64,000 nt of DNA from Bigelowiella natans CCMP2755 (GCA_000320545.1 ADNK01002940.1:12163-76162), one strand, 5' to 3'. Shown: positions 41,449 through 54,971, counted from the first letter of the stretch. The notes: generated by a model from the letters alone, not told the origin. Numbers and translations: made by a program.

Positions 41449-42140
41449 ATGAGGGTTTAGAGCACAGGCTCTTCTTTGGCTAACATGATTGGAAAACAGC
41501 TTCTTTGGCTAACATGATTGGAAAACAGCAGCTTTTACTGCTGCAGCTGCTACTACTTACTCTAGCTGCTACTACTACTACTACTACTTCTACTGGTACT
41601 ACTGCTATTTCTACTTCTACTACTATAATATGCCTCCTTCAACCTCTCCGCCTGTGGTAGTAGTAGTAGTAGTAGCAGCAGCATCAGCAGCATCTGGTGG
41701 GAGAATGTACTTCTCTGCAAATATCTGACCAATTTTAGGCTTATTCGAGTGCCTTCCTGTAAGTAAGAAACATAATGTGCCAAAGAAAGAGATGAAGTAA
41801 GTAAGGGAGAGATAGGAAGATACGACATTTCGCTGAAAAAAGAACAAGATCAGGTTGTAAAGGAAAGAAAGAGAGGAGGAGGTCTAAAGGACAACAGCAA
41901 CAGAATAAACACACACACAAGCACAAACACATATATTATATATTACAAGTGCTCTTTCCCCTGCTTATCCTTCTTATCATTTCGCACCACTACACATTCT
42001 TGTTGAGATGATCTTCTTTTATGTAGAAGTAGTAGTAGTAGTAGCAGCAGCAGCAGTACCAGGGGGGGGCACTGCAGCGAAAACCCATCGTCTCGGTGGG
42101 TCGTCATCGTTTAGTATGCCCTTCTTCTTTACATGTGATG

Positions 42141-42172
<32 letters not shown>

Positions 42173-42518
42173 GATGAAGCGCCTACTGACACTCCTCCTC
42201 CTCCCCGACTACTTATACAGTCTTTGCTGCTTTCAGCATTCATGCTTACGACAACACCTGTGGGAGGATGAGGATGAGGATGAGGATGAGGATGAGGATA
42301 AGGAGGAGGAGGAGGAGGAGGAGAGTTGATAGGCAAATGATAGTAATGTAAATGATAGTAATGTAAAAGCTGAAAGATAGATGATGGGATGCTGCTACTG
42401 CTGCTGCTGCTGCTGATGATGATGATGATGGGGGTATTATTATTAGATGGAAGAGAGTAAGACCCTGATCATGATGATGATGATGATGATGATGAGAGGA
42501 GTGCTTTTCATCGACAAC

Positions 42519-42550
<32 letters not shown>

Positions 42551-42768
42551 TAGCTCGTTTCTCCTCCTCCTCCTCCTCCTCCTCCTCCTCGATGTATTCA
42601 TGGTGATGATGGTTCTTCCTGAATAATAGTTTGCTGCTCCTTCTTTCAGTAGTAGCTCCAACCTCATCATCCTCCTCCTCCCTTAATCTACTGCTATTAT
42701 ACCTATACAACCTCCTCGTTTCAGCACCACTTTTGCTGCTAGTGCTGCTGTGCTTCTTCTTCTTCTTC

Positions 42769-42802
<34 letters not shown>

Positions 42803-43228
42803 GGCTAAATGTTCGACCGATGATGACAGGCTCATAGCTCTTTCTGGCAACGGAGGAGGAGGAGCAGTATTGGGAAGGATGATGATGATGTTGTTGTTGT
42901 TGTTGGTGGTGGTGGTGTCGGCTATTCGTGGTGGCTGCTGTTGAATAACTACCTGTAAATACATGATGATGATGATGTTGTTGTTGTTGTTGTTGGTGGT
43001 GTCGGCTATTCATGGTGGCTGCTGTTGAATAACTACCTGTAAATACACACACACACACACACACAAACGACAACATACAACATGTGTGACGCAATTGTTA
43101 CAAAGAGAAGATTGGAATCTTCAAGCAGATATTGTTGCTTTTCTGCATTATTATTGATGTCGTATTTGCAGAATGCTCTTCCTCATCTGCAAAAATACAA
43201 CTCTAATATTATTATTTTTAGCTCTCTC

Positions 43229-43274
<46 letters not shown>

Positions 43275-43551
43275 CCAATTTGTTCGTAGAGATCTTCATC
43301 ATCATCATCATCAATATCATCATCATTATCAGCATCATCATTATCAGCATCTGCTAATAATTTGTACTACTATGTTTCTGTTATTATGCCATTATTGACT
43401 AGTGACTACATGTAGTAGTTGTAGTAGTAGTAGTACTTTTAAAAGGGATCACGGGGTCCATGCTGTCAGTCACCTTCATTCAGTGATCAAAAGTAGTACG
43501 AAGGGGGGGGGGGGGGGGGAGGGAGGCAACTATGAATAAGAAGAATTGTAT

Positions 43552-43589
<38 letters not shown>

Positions 43590-44577
43590 ACTATGGTGAT
43601 GACTCAAGTGAGCGAGCGAGTGAGCTCACACAGCAGCAGCAGCAGCAGCAGCAGGGTGCGAAAAAGTAACTACATTATACTCAGCAGTAATTCTAAGTTA
43701 AATAATACAACTATGCTTCTTTCTCCTTCTTCTTCTTCTTCTTCAATCCTTCATTATTTCACAATGGATGTGTTGCTAATGCTACTTACTAATGATACAA
43801 TTACCTTCAACCAATACCAGGTGCCGTAATACCTGCAAACATGATGATGACGATGATGATGATGATGATGACGATGATGATAATGTCATGCTACCGCAGT
43901 GATTTCAATCCATTCGAGCAGCATATATATATATATATATATATATTGATAATATGTTACATTTGTTTTTAAAGATTCCCACCTACAATTATACAACAAC
44001 ATGCAATACTACGCAAGCAAGCACAGAACAGCAGCAGACAACAACAACAACAACAACAACGAGGGGTTGTTTGTTTACTGCAAGTAAGCAAAGACTTGTA
44101 CTACAACTAGTACTATAATAGTAATAGTAGCTTTTCTAGATTGCCTGATGCTCCTCTCTCTACTGTTAATTAAGTTGTTTATTATTATTATTACTCGCAT
44201 CTCCACTTTTTAAGCATTTTATGCCGCACCAAACGGTGCAAATCTGGATCATTTGTGACCCATATCTACAGGGGGGATAGGGGGGGGGGGGGGGGGAAGT
44301 AAAAAAAAAAAAAAAAAAAGGTGAATGAAAATAAATGTTGCAAGCGTTCCTAAAAAAAAAAAAGGGGAATGAAAATAAATGTTGCAAGCGTTCCTAAAGC
44401 TGCCAACACTCTCTTTCCGTAGTAAAGGAAGAGGGAGGAGGAGGAGGAGGAGGGGGAGGAGGAGAGGGTTTTGGCTTCCTAATTCTAATGGGGTCCTCCT
44501 CCTCGTCCTCCTCTTCCTCAACCATAGAGGGTAGTATTATCTTCTTTTTCAATCTTGTCAGTGCTCTAATCATCATG

Positions 44578-44613
<36 letters not shown>

Positions 44614-44732
44614 ATTATCATCATCTATTCTCCTCATTATAATAGTACCAGTAGGTACACTACTACTATTACTACTACTACTACTACTACTACTACTACC
44701 ACTTGTAGCATATGATTAACCGTGTCACCATT

Positions 44733-44763
<31 letters not shown>

Positions 44764-45570
44764 CACTGTATTATTATCATTAGCAGTATTACCATAACCC
44801 ACGAGGGAGAAAATTCTGCTGTCTTTCTCTCCTTCTTCTTCCCCTTCGTAACATCCTCTTCCTCCTCCTCCTCCTCCATGTAATCATCATCATAATATAA
44901 TAACTTGCGGATGGGAAGATTGATGAGATCCCGGGGGTTTAATGTCTACGACAACAACAACAAGAAGAAGACGAAGACGACAAGAAAACAGAAGATATAT
45001 ACAGCAGCATTTGGTGACTCTACCACGTAGTACTACTACCACCTTGACAACATATAGGATATAATATATTGCAATTACATATATAGTCTGCTAGCACCGA
45101 TGAGAAAATAGTAAGTAAGTAATCATCATCATCATCATCATTAATAATATTACCTTGTATTTGTGACTTCTCGACACACTCATCGAGGGCCATGGAGGAT
45201 CGAGTACGATTAACCGAAATCCCTTTTAATATTATTATTATTATTATCATTATTATACAACAGAACCCTTTTATTATTATTATAATACAACGGCAGCAGC
45301 AGTATTGGTCTCGATATTCATTGATGAATGTTTAAGACAGAAGAAGAAGGAGAAGAAAACAACAATTGACATGATCATCATGCTGCTCCTGTTTTATGAA
45401 CAAGCAAATACCAACCGGATTTGGTTTAGCTTTTAGAAGCGCCCCGAGGCCTTATGTAGACAAGATATTATTGTCATTATTAACACTATAGTTTAGTTGA
45501 TATTATTGAGAAAAAAATAGTAGAGCATGCTGCAAAAAAATGAATTGACGACTACTTTTAGAGTGTATAG

Positions 45571-45605
<35 letters not shown>

Positions 45606-45630
45606 GCAGCCTCAGCAACATACGTTTACA

Positions 45631-45665
<35 letters not shown>

Positions 45666-46259
45666 TATCATCATTTCCTGTATGAAGAACACAGCTAAAC
45701 ATCCAACACATGCACTACAAACAAACCAACAAACCTGTGATATCAGCAAGTAGGAACTTCGCTCCTCTCGGAATGACGAACTGATGCCCACACATGCGGT
45801 ACACCTCATCATTCCCTGTCTTGTTGTGGCGCATTTCTACAATGCGAAGAATGATGAAGGAGGAGAACAACAAGAAGAAAATATCAAGGAATAAACGAGA
45901 AGAGGTGGGGAGGAGGAGAGAAAATGGATCTAGTAGTAGAAGTAGTAGTAGTAGTAGTATTATCTTGGGTTACTCAGCAATAATAAAGATTGCACAACAA
46001 TAGTATTAGGGAACATCATCTATCTATCTATTCTGTCCAAATAAAAAAATAATTGAAAAATAATTAAATACTAACAATAATTACAACAATAATAATAGCT
46101 CACTTTTCACACAGCAGTCCTTCTTCTCTTGATGATCATCATCATCATCATCATCTTTATCTTTGTAGCAACATGCATATTCAACGAGTGGTAGCTCTTC
46201 AATGCTAGAACCTATTGCACCGTTAGTAGCACGGACAGCTGTTATCATCATCTCAGCAT

Positions 46260-46302
<43 letters not shown>

Positions 46303-46687
46303 TCAGCTACTACTACAGCATTGCCCTCCTTCTCCTCCTTCTCTTAACCATCCTTGTCTTCTATCTCTATTTACATACGTGATAATAAATCCGCATATGC
46401 GAGCACATGTTGTATAGTTGAGTTCTTCAACTTTCGGCGAAGTTTTCCCAATACGTTTCTCACAGCTTCAGCCTTCAACTGTTGCTCTGTCGCTTGGAGA
46501 CGTGGTGCTAGCTATAATCATATGAATACACAAAGTGTATGTACATCAGTTACATCCATCAGGGGGGGGGGGGGGGGGGTAAAAGACTAGTAATTTCAAC
46601 AGGAGGCAACAACATTTCATATGCTGTATTAGACTAGAGCGGTCTTGAGCATAAGTAATAAAATATTGGCTGGGGGGGTCAAAAGTC

Positions 46688-46733
<46 letters not shown>

Positions 46734-47680
46734 CAATGTATATGCAGTAGTACTTCTATGCCTACAACTACAATTCCTTCTACCATCACCCATAACTAAC
46801 ATCACTCTACTATTACTGCTACTACTCTGGTTGGTTTTTATCATACAGAAATCTGTTGATCATGCGACGGGGAGCACTTAAGCAAGAAGAGCTTTCTTAA
46901 GCTCTGAAACGTAGCAAATATATATTCCTCGTCGTAGTACATGAAGCTTCGAGCCTGCAGTAGTTTACTTTGTTTGTCGTCGGAATAGGAGGGGGGGGTG
47001 AGGGGTCATCACTGATATTTTCTATGCTTATATTGATGTTGTATAAATATATTCGGCAATTGTTACAACACATATTATAATACCCGATTCATTCCGGGAG
47101 AAAATCATTCACATACACAATAACAACATGAAACAACATCAATCACCATGTTTTGAACACCTTAGATTTTGACTTTTTCGCCTTCGATGATTTAGTTCCT
47201 TGCCCTACTACAAGTTGTTTCACATTCTGGGATTGCCTGAGCTGCTCATGTTCTTCAGCTATGGACGATTTCGAAGATGACGCCTGCGGTCGTAGTTTGT
47301 CCTTTCCCCCCCTTTTCCGTTTTCTTGAAGAGGATGTTGATCGAAAATAGGGCCGAGAGCGAGAGAAACAGTTTTGCTCCAAGGAGAGATTAAGTCTGAT
47401 GGATGATGGGGGTTCACGATGACGAATAAACGTGATCAAGTAGTAGTAGTAGTAGTACTAGTAGTAGTAGTAGTAGTACCGGAATCTACGATAGTCATCC
47501 TGCAAGCCTTTTGCGAAATTTATCAACGCCCTGCAACAAACAACACTCACTCACTAACCCTAATGTTAGTTTGTCACCATATCCCGCTAATGGGACCGCA
47601 TATGATGCGATTGTGATTGTGACAATGACAGTGACAATGGCGACAAGTCATAGGAGACAACGCGAAGAAGAAACTGGGAG

Positions 47681-47711
<31 letters not shown>

Positions 47712-47839
47712 CCTCCGCTGTTCTCTGCCACGATCCCGCCAGCAACTGCCTCTGTTCTTCTTCTTCTTCTTCTTACTGTTGTTGTTGTTGTTGTTGCTGC
47801 TGCTGGAGCTTTCATTTTGAGCTCTTCCCCTGCCTTCAT
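41102..47839 (-). CDS. METTL4: METTL4-like MT-A70 family N6-adenine methyltransferase (catalytic part 41102-45860 secure; 5' end tentative)
   Basis: Collinear exons FVIPRGAKFLLADIT, GFRLIVLDPPWPSMSVSRSHKYK (DPPW), LINLPIRK, IWVTNDPDLHRLVRHKMLKKW, YYGTWYWLK|VTDSMDPVIPF, RKSYEPVIIGR, WVFAAVP, RHSNKP, LEMFARNLLPNWWSWGNEVLKFQ...NDK-TGA. This is the motif order of METTL4/DAMT-1. Confidence 0.88.
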
Positions 47840-47944
47840 ACGCTGACGTAAGTCCTTGTCACGGGTTGATCATTGAGCAGCATTAAACTTCGCATTGTTG
47901 AGGCATTGTTGAGGCAGCCACAGCAGCGTGCCACAAATTAATTA

Positions 47945-49220
47945 AGCGCAAGGATGATTCGACTTGTCGCAGGACAAAAACATCCTAGGATTCTTCTTCT
48001 TGTGGGATTGGAGTGATTGGAGTTGTCGCAGGACAAAAACATCCTAGGATTCTTCTTGTGGGCAATTCACACGAACCCTCCTCAGTTTGCTGGTCAGTCC
48101 TCACCAAAGCTAGTTCTGTTCGAGGCACTTCATTTCGTGCACTGCAAGTGTCTTGCAACACTTTCAAAATGCAGTTTTTCATCATTGTTCATTGTTCATT
48201 GTTCGTGTCCCTTTGAACCACCCACTTGCTCGTTTTCGTCCTCGTCGACGGTTCACCGCCGCACGCTTCGCTGACTTCGATTTGCCGGACTCACAAGCCA
48301 GCAAGCTTTGACGAAGATGGCCGAGAGTCATCAGTTTTTTGGTGACGTCCATTCAGTGTTTGAGTGGCACTGTGTTTTGAAAAAGTGCTGCAAGTGAAAA
48401 AAACAACGAAGAAGTTGAAGTCACCAAAAGTGAGGAACACAAGATGTGGGACACGACACGATGAAGAAACGACTGCTTCTTTGTCGACATCGATGTCCAT
48501 TGCGTTTTCCAGCCTGTCTAGCTGTCCCTTTGCCTTTTGTTCTTGAGGGCTGAGGGGTGAGACGATGATTGTGGACGTGTGGTGACGATGGTGGTGGTGG
48601 TTGAGGTGGTGATGATGGTGACGACGATGACGCTGTCACGTGGACCATTGCATTGTGTCGATGGTTGACGACGACAGGAGTGATGTTTGCTGCACTCATG
48701 TTGAACGAATGATGGCGGTGATCATGGTGACACAAGTCGTGGTGATGATGCTCATTGCTAGTCTGGCACTGTTCGCACACCAACAGCAACGCCAGAACGC
48801 ACGAGCGTGGCTAGCGTGGGCGTGCACGACGACAGTGCACAGCAACGTGCACCACATGCTTCGCTCACTGATTTGACTCAGAGAAGCTAGCAAGCTTTGA
48901 CGAAGATGGCCAACAGTCATCAGAATTTTGGTGACGTTCACTCGGTGTTTGAGTGGCCCTGTGTTCTGAGCGCGAGAACTTGGTCTTCGCGCCACGCACT
49001 GGCACACACAGCAGTGTCCACGATGTGCTCATGCAAATCGCACACGTGAGTCTTCACTCCTCTCATAGCGCTTTGATGAAGCTAGCCAATTGCTCATCAC
49101 AACTTGTCCATTGCTGCAGTGTGTGGTGCGATCTAGCGATGAACATTGCAGCCGAATGATCAAGTTTCCGCAGACCAAAATTTGGCTTCATTTGAAAAAC
49201 AAGAAATTGCGACGTTTGTT
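47945..49220 (-). pseudogene. TpA-purged relic of an intron-containing gene with an internal exon duplication
   Basis: 10 TpA in 1276 nt, 9 of them in CTAG. Exon-like blocks (RRPSSRAQNTGPLKHRVNVTKILMTVGHLRQSLLASLSQI|gtgagc; PQEQKAKGQLDRLENAMDIDVDKEAVVSS|gtgtcg) are separated by intron-like tracts; ~48295-48390 is paralogous to ~48884-48969. Confidence 0.6.
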
Positions 49221-49424
49221 TACTTGCTCAATCTAGATGCAAGAGCTACGTACGAACTTTCAAGAGAATTCAAATCGCACATGCAAGTTGTCTTCGCTGC
49301 TAATGGTTCATGCGCAAAAGCAGCATGTAAACGTTTATCTCGGTGGTAGCGTATGGATGAGAAAATGCGACTTATGTTCACATGAGCGTTCCAGATGTGT
49401 TTCTTCTTCATCCTTCCTATTCTT

Positions 49425-51237
49425 CTACTTTGTAATGCGGCGTCGAGAGCTTCGCAAGCTAAGTTGAAGCCTTATGAAAAACAAAACCAATCTGAAAACT
49501 AGGACAAAAAACTTATCAATTGAAAGTATCCTCCTATAATTGTTACTAGCGACCTTTTATACTTTAAATCGGTTTCTTCAGAGACTGATGGAAATACCTA
49601 TCCAACGCCAAAGAAAGGATGCGGATAAGAACCACACTGAATACTTATTACTTCCACCATAAGAATGAGATAAACTAAAGGAGAGCAATAAAATTTTGTT
49701 TGTGAATTGTGTATTCACAAGAATGAGATGAAATAAAAACAAGTAGAGGGTTCATCATGTAATTTCGTTTGTTACCCTTTTAAGCGCTTCAGTGAAGTCT
49801 GCTTTGTCAACATATATTCCAGTTGTCTTCATTCTCTTTGCTATTCATTTATTTATCAAAAATCATATGCACAATAACCTCAAGCTAGTTTCAATTATAT
49901 TAACTCGTATGTTTCTACCTGAAATTTTCCCTGAGATCTCTTGTAGCCGATTAGAGACTCGCCTCAGAGAATTTGTTGTTGCCTCTCTCACTAATGCTGT
50001 AAGGTCTGCCCCCGAAAAACCATTGAGCTGCTCGATAAAGTAACAAAAAAATATGATCACTTGCTTTAAGGACCCGAAACACGAATTCTGCGAATAAACT
50101 CCGTTCTTGGAGAGAGCGAATGGATGAACATAATCAGACGGTATATCATTCTATCATGAACAATTATTTACCTGAGCGCGTCTTGATATTTCAAAAAGGT
50201 CTACGTTGGCTGCTAGAGGGGTCTTTTTAGTTGCCACCTTATTAAGTAATAGAAAAATAATAATTTAAGATTGATAATTGATTATTCTTAGAACTATTTA
50301 AAGAAACTATATTATACACAACATAAGCAAATATTTATATATGTATATAATATATGTATATATATTATACTTGATAATATCATCAGTAATTTTAAGATTG
50401 AAGATGTACATAAAAACTACATGATCTAAATCCTACTCCTACTCCAATAAAATACTGTTTTTACCTTCAGAATTGAGTATCTAGCATCTGGTGAAGGTAA
50501 TGGCACATACAGGAGCTTATCTAACCGTCCAGGTCGCATCTAGGGCAAGCAAAAGGGGATTATGTTGTCCAACGGCGAAATTAAGGTACACCTCAACTCA
50601 TGATTAAATTTAACGATATATAAATCTGCATACGTGATACGTATTGTCACAAAATAAAATAAATCGCAATTTTGGATGCTGTCATTGAAGACGAAAGTAA
50701 TAATACCATAGCAGGATCTATAATGTCTGGTCGATTAGTGGCAGCAATTACAAATATCTGGTATTTTAGCAATCACAATGGACACAGTTAATACTAATCA
50801 ATAATAATTTACATGGTTCGCTACAAAGTCGTGAAAACATAATCCTAGGCATGTTCAAAATCTCTCTACTCTTCCCCCCTTCCCTCCTACATTTAAAAAT
50901 CCTGAAATCATGCAGATATCTGTAGGCAAAAGGGATACGAAAATTAGTCCCTGTAACACTACTCACTGCTTTCATCCTTAACATTGTTTATATAATTTGG
51001 TTCTACATCCTGACCAAATCGATAGTTTTTTTATTTAAAATTGTTAATTTAGAAAATACACTGATTAATTCAAGTATGAATATTTCCAGGAAAATATTTC
51101 TATCGTTAGTGCCTGCTTTCTTGCATCAAGGCCATCCATTTCAGTTAATAGCTGGTTAACAACTCGCTCTGAAACCTATTTTATTTAGAATATATTTTGC
51201 TCCGATATGCCCGAAGTAAATACGAGAGTGTTTGGGG

Positions 51238-51285
<48 letters not shown>

Positions 51286-52226
51286 CATGCCCGCCTAAAT
51301 GGTGGTAATTTACCTGACTGCCTTCATTTCCTTGTCCTCTTTTTGGGCAGAGGGCATCTAATTCGTCGAAAAATATGACGCAGGGAGCCGAAGCACGGGC
51401 CCTCGAGAACACCTTATCATGAGGGGAAAAAAAATTATTCGAAAAATGGTGGTATCCATGTGTAAATGTTAACTGCTATCGGATAATTGTCATAGTGATT
51501 AGAAATAAAAAAATAAATTAATACCTGCCTCACCGCCTTTTCGGATGCCCCTACATATTTGTTCAGCAACTCGGGGCCCTGTAGTATAGTAATGAAAGTG
51601 ATGGAAGACGTGGAAGTGACAGTATATTTATAGCGATAAATTTCAAGCGAAAGAATATAAAACCACAAAAAATGTAGTCACCTTTACTGAGAGAAAAGAA
51701 GCTCCACTTTCACTCGCAACCGCTTTAGCAACCTAATATCGAAAGATTATGACGGTAAGAATCAATGATAGTTGTAAGGTATGAATATGGTTGCTAGCAT
51801 GTTGATAGTTTCAATGTTCTTGTTCCAAACTATCCCTTGATACGAATTCCTTAAAAATGCCTAAATTACCAATGTCTTTCCACAACCAGGTGGCCCATAC
51901 AACAACACACCACATGGAGCTTCCAAGCCCACTGACTCGAAGATCTAGATGGAAAAATATGATAACATTTGAAAACATTAATAGAGAAGACAAAATAGTT
52001 GTAGCAGCATATGTAGTGAGGTAGGCTACAAATAATATTTCTACCGGTTAATTATTCGTACCTCGGGATATTTAATAGGTTCCAATATTGCCATTCTTAG
52101 TTCCTCTCTAAGTTTCCACAGAGCTCCGACCTACGAATTAAGCCAATGTATGTCGCCTGCCTGTGCTAATCTTGCTTATACATATGTATCATGCACATCC
52201 ACACACACACGCACACACAAACCCAA

Positions 52227-52296
<70 letters not shown>

Positions 52297-54207
52297 TTTC
52301 ACTCAATGCAGTCACCGTCGAAATTTATTCTGATATTCATAATACGCTGATTTAGTAAAATTATATTTCCGACCAATATATAATTCATTAATTAGAAGTA
52401 TATTATTAATGAAACTGGATGAAACTTTTAGTACGAAAATATTATTCTACACCGTCTTGTCAGCGGTAAATTTTTGGATATATCTTGCATTTTGGTTATT
52501 AATGTCAATTTTATTCGAATAGTTAGTTTGTGATGGTACATCTGCCCATGTGACATTTGGTACTGTCGCGAATCCCTAACAAAATACCAAAATGAATGAA
52601 AGAATGAATGAAGAGTATAATTTCTACTCCAATTTGACATACTTTATCATATTAATTATCTACAGGACCTCTTATTAATATGAGCTATGATGTGCGCTTT
52701 TAAATTACACGACAATATAGTATAAATTAACTTGATATTGTTTTATTGTGTGCGTTTGAATTATTTTTGTTTCGAAAGTTTGTTTACAATTGTCACAATA
52801 CTCAATAATAAATTGCCATACGAACACAAATTGTGAAGCAGTGTGGGTTGATAGTGTGGGTTGATAGAAACTACCTCTCGTCTTGAGGATGGCTGTACCT
52901 TCTTTACTGCCTGTGTTATTAATACGAAACTTTCATCACCAACAGATATATTATACATAATACGAGTGCGATTGTTGAAGATTCTTTTACGTATCTATAG
53001 ATTGTATGTACAGTACAAAAAATAATTGCAACATCTTCCCTCTCTGATTAGTTTTTGTATCATACATTACAGTCCTCAACAAATTTCACCTGTGTAAAGT
53101 CGTCCATCGTGACTGAAAGTGGTGCCAGCTGCTCAGAAGTTAGCGGGGTCCGGTCCCTTATTGTTGAGAATGAGGTAAGTAGTAATAGTTACAGAGTAAC
53201 ATCGTTGCTGTGGTCGTACAAATACTGATGATAGCGGTTGTAGATATGTAATTATCATCTAATGTAACCAACATATCTTCTTCCTCTCATAATATGTAAT
53301 GTATTTTTATGTATAAAATATAATTCATCTTAGTATTCACAACACACACACACACACACACTATTCTCTTAACAGTGCGTCATCATAAATATGTGATCAG
53401 ATGTAAATGTGTATGTCAATGTGCACGCAAATGTGACAATTTCTCCCATGTTTTCTTACTTGCTATCAGTAAACTAATTTCTTCATAATGATACAGATGG
53501 ACACATACATTCACCTCGCTAGCCAAGCACTCGCTTTTTCTCGGTGAGACAGAAGCGATGAAGAAGATATGTTTTCAGAATTTACTACATTCTGATTGTT
53601 GACCGACTGCTTTCCATTCTGCATGATGTTGTTATTCTCTGTACATGATGAGGCAGACAAAAGCTGTGGGGAGGTTTCCATAGGCTTCACTGCATCTTCC
53701 TGCCCCTCTCCTCTCTTGCTATCAGCACTAAATTTATTGAGCTCTCCCTGTCTTATATCTCCTGCCTCATTGAGCGGCAGATCATTTTTCCTCGCGTCCG
53801 TTATTGATTTCATTGTTGTCGTCACTAAATCTTTAGTTTCCGCCGTCTTTATTACCGTTGTGGTGCTATTGTCAACTCCTCTTAGACCCGAGAAGATTCT
53901 ATTTACAGCAAGAACTGCAGCCTTTGGAAAGCAAGTAGAAAATAGAATCAAGAGAAAGCAACAACCATCAAATATGAAAGGTACACCTGCATTTTTTCAA
54001 TTTGAAAGCTACCAACAACATGTTTGGTGCGAATTGTGTACTAATTGCTATTTATTTGATTTAATAAATAACACCTCTTTTGCAAGTGCACTGAGATCCG
54101 CACCGACAAAACCATGTGTAAGCTGTTGGTACATTCACGAAGAGGAAAAGACGATTTTATTCAACATCTATCCACATCGGTTGCAATACATGAAGATAAG
54201 ATACATT

Positions 54208-54246
<39 letters not shown>

Positions 54247-54971
54247 TTTCATCTGTTTGTTCGTTACCTTGGCTATTCTATTGAAATCAAAATCCCCAGC
54301 CAGACGCATTCCTAGAAATAAATTGAGATAAATACAACCTCTCTCTCTCTCTCTCTCTCTCTCCCTCTCTTGTTTTCACCATCATCAATCATAACCCATC
54401 CACATTATTCCCAGAATCTACCATCATCACTAGGGCAGTAGGTAGGTAGGTAGGTAGGTAGGTAGGTAGATGGATGGGTGGTATTTTCTGTATAATATTA
54501 CGTTATTATTAATAATATTTAGTCTTATTCTTTATTACCTTTGCACACGACTCTAAGGATTTTCGAACGACTTTGTGCATCCGGCATACCTGTGTATTAT
54601 AAGAAGTTTTTTATGTGTTTTTTTAAAAAATAATAAGGAGTGAGTCGGTCACGATGATGGATGGATGGATGGATGGCTGAATGGATGGAAAATGATGATT
54701 ATCCAGATGAAATAATTTATCATGATGATATTTTGATAATGATCCTGATATGAAGAAGAATAAAGATGACGAAAGATGACAAATCATCTGTCTGCGGCAT
54801 CTACTGATTCTATACTACCACCACTCCACCACCACCACTACTACTACTACTACTTACTACTACTACCAATTGTAATTTCTCTGTCAAATCGTCCTGCTCT
54901 TCGCAGGGCTGAATCTAAGGAGTCGGGGCTATATAGAACATCCATGCATATAAACATACATTCACAGCAAT

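Noticed and set aside
49020-49080. Apparent RING-finger start (L*EE*RLTCAICMS) on the minus strand
   Set aside because: Stops in frame and no further Cys/His pattern; the Cys codons are best explained as TA->TG-converted intron sequence.
47945-49220. RIP or CpG-methylation decay as the cause of the islands
   Set aside because: RIP increases TpA and 5mC decay depletes CpG; here TpA is lost and CpG retained.
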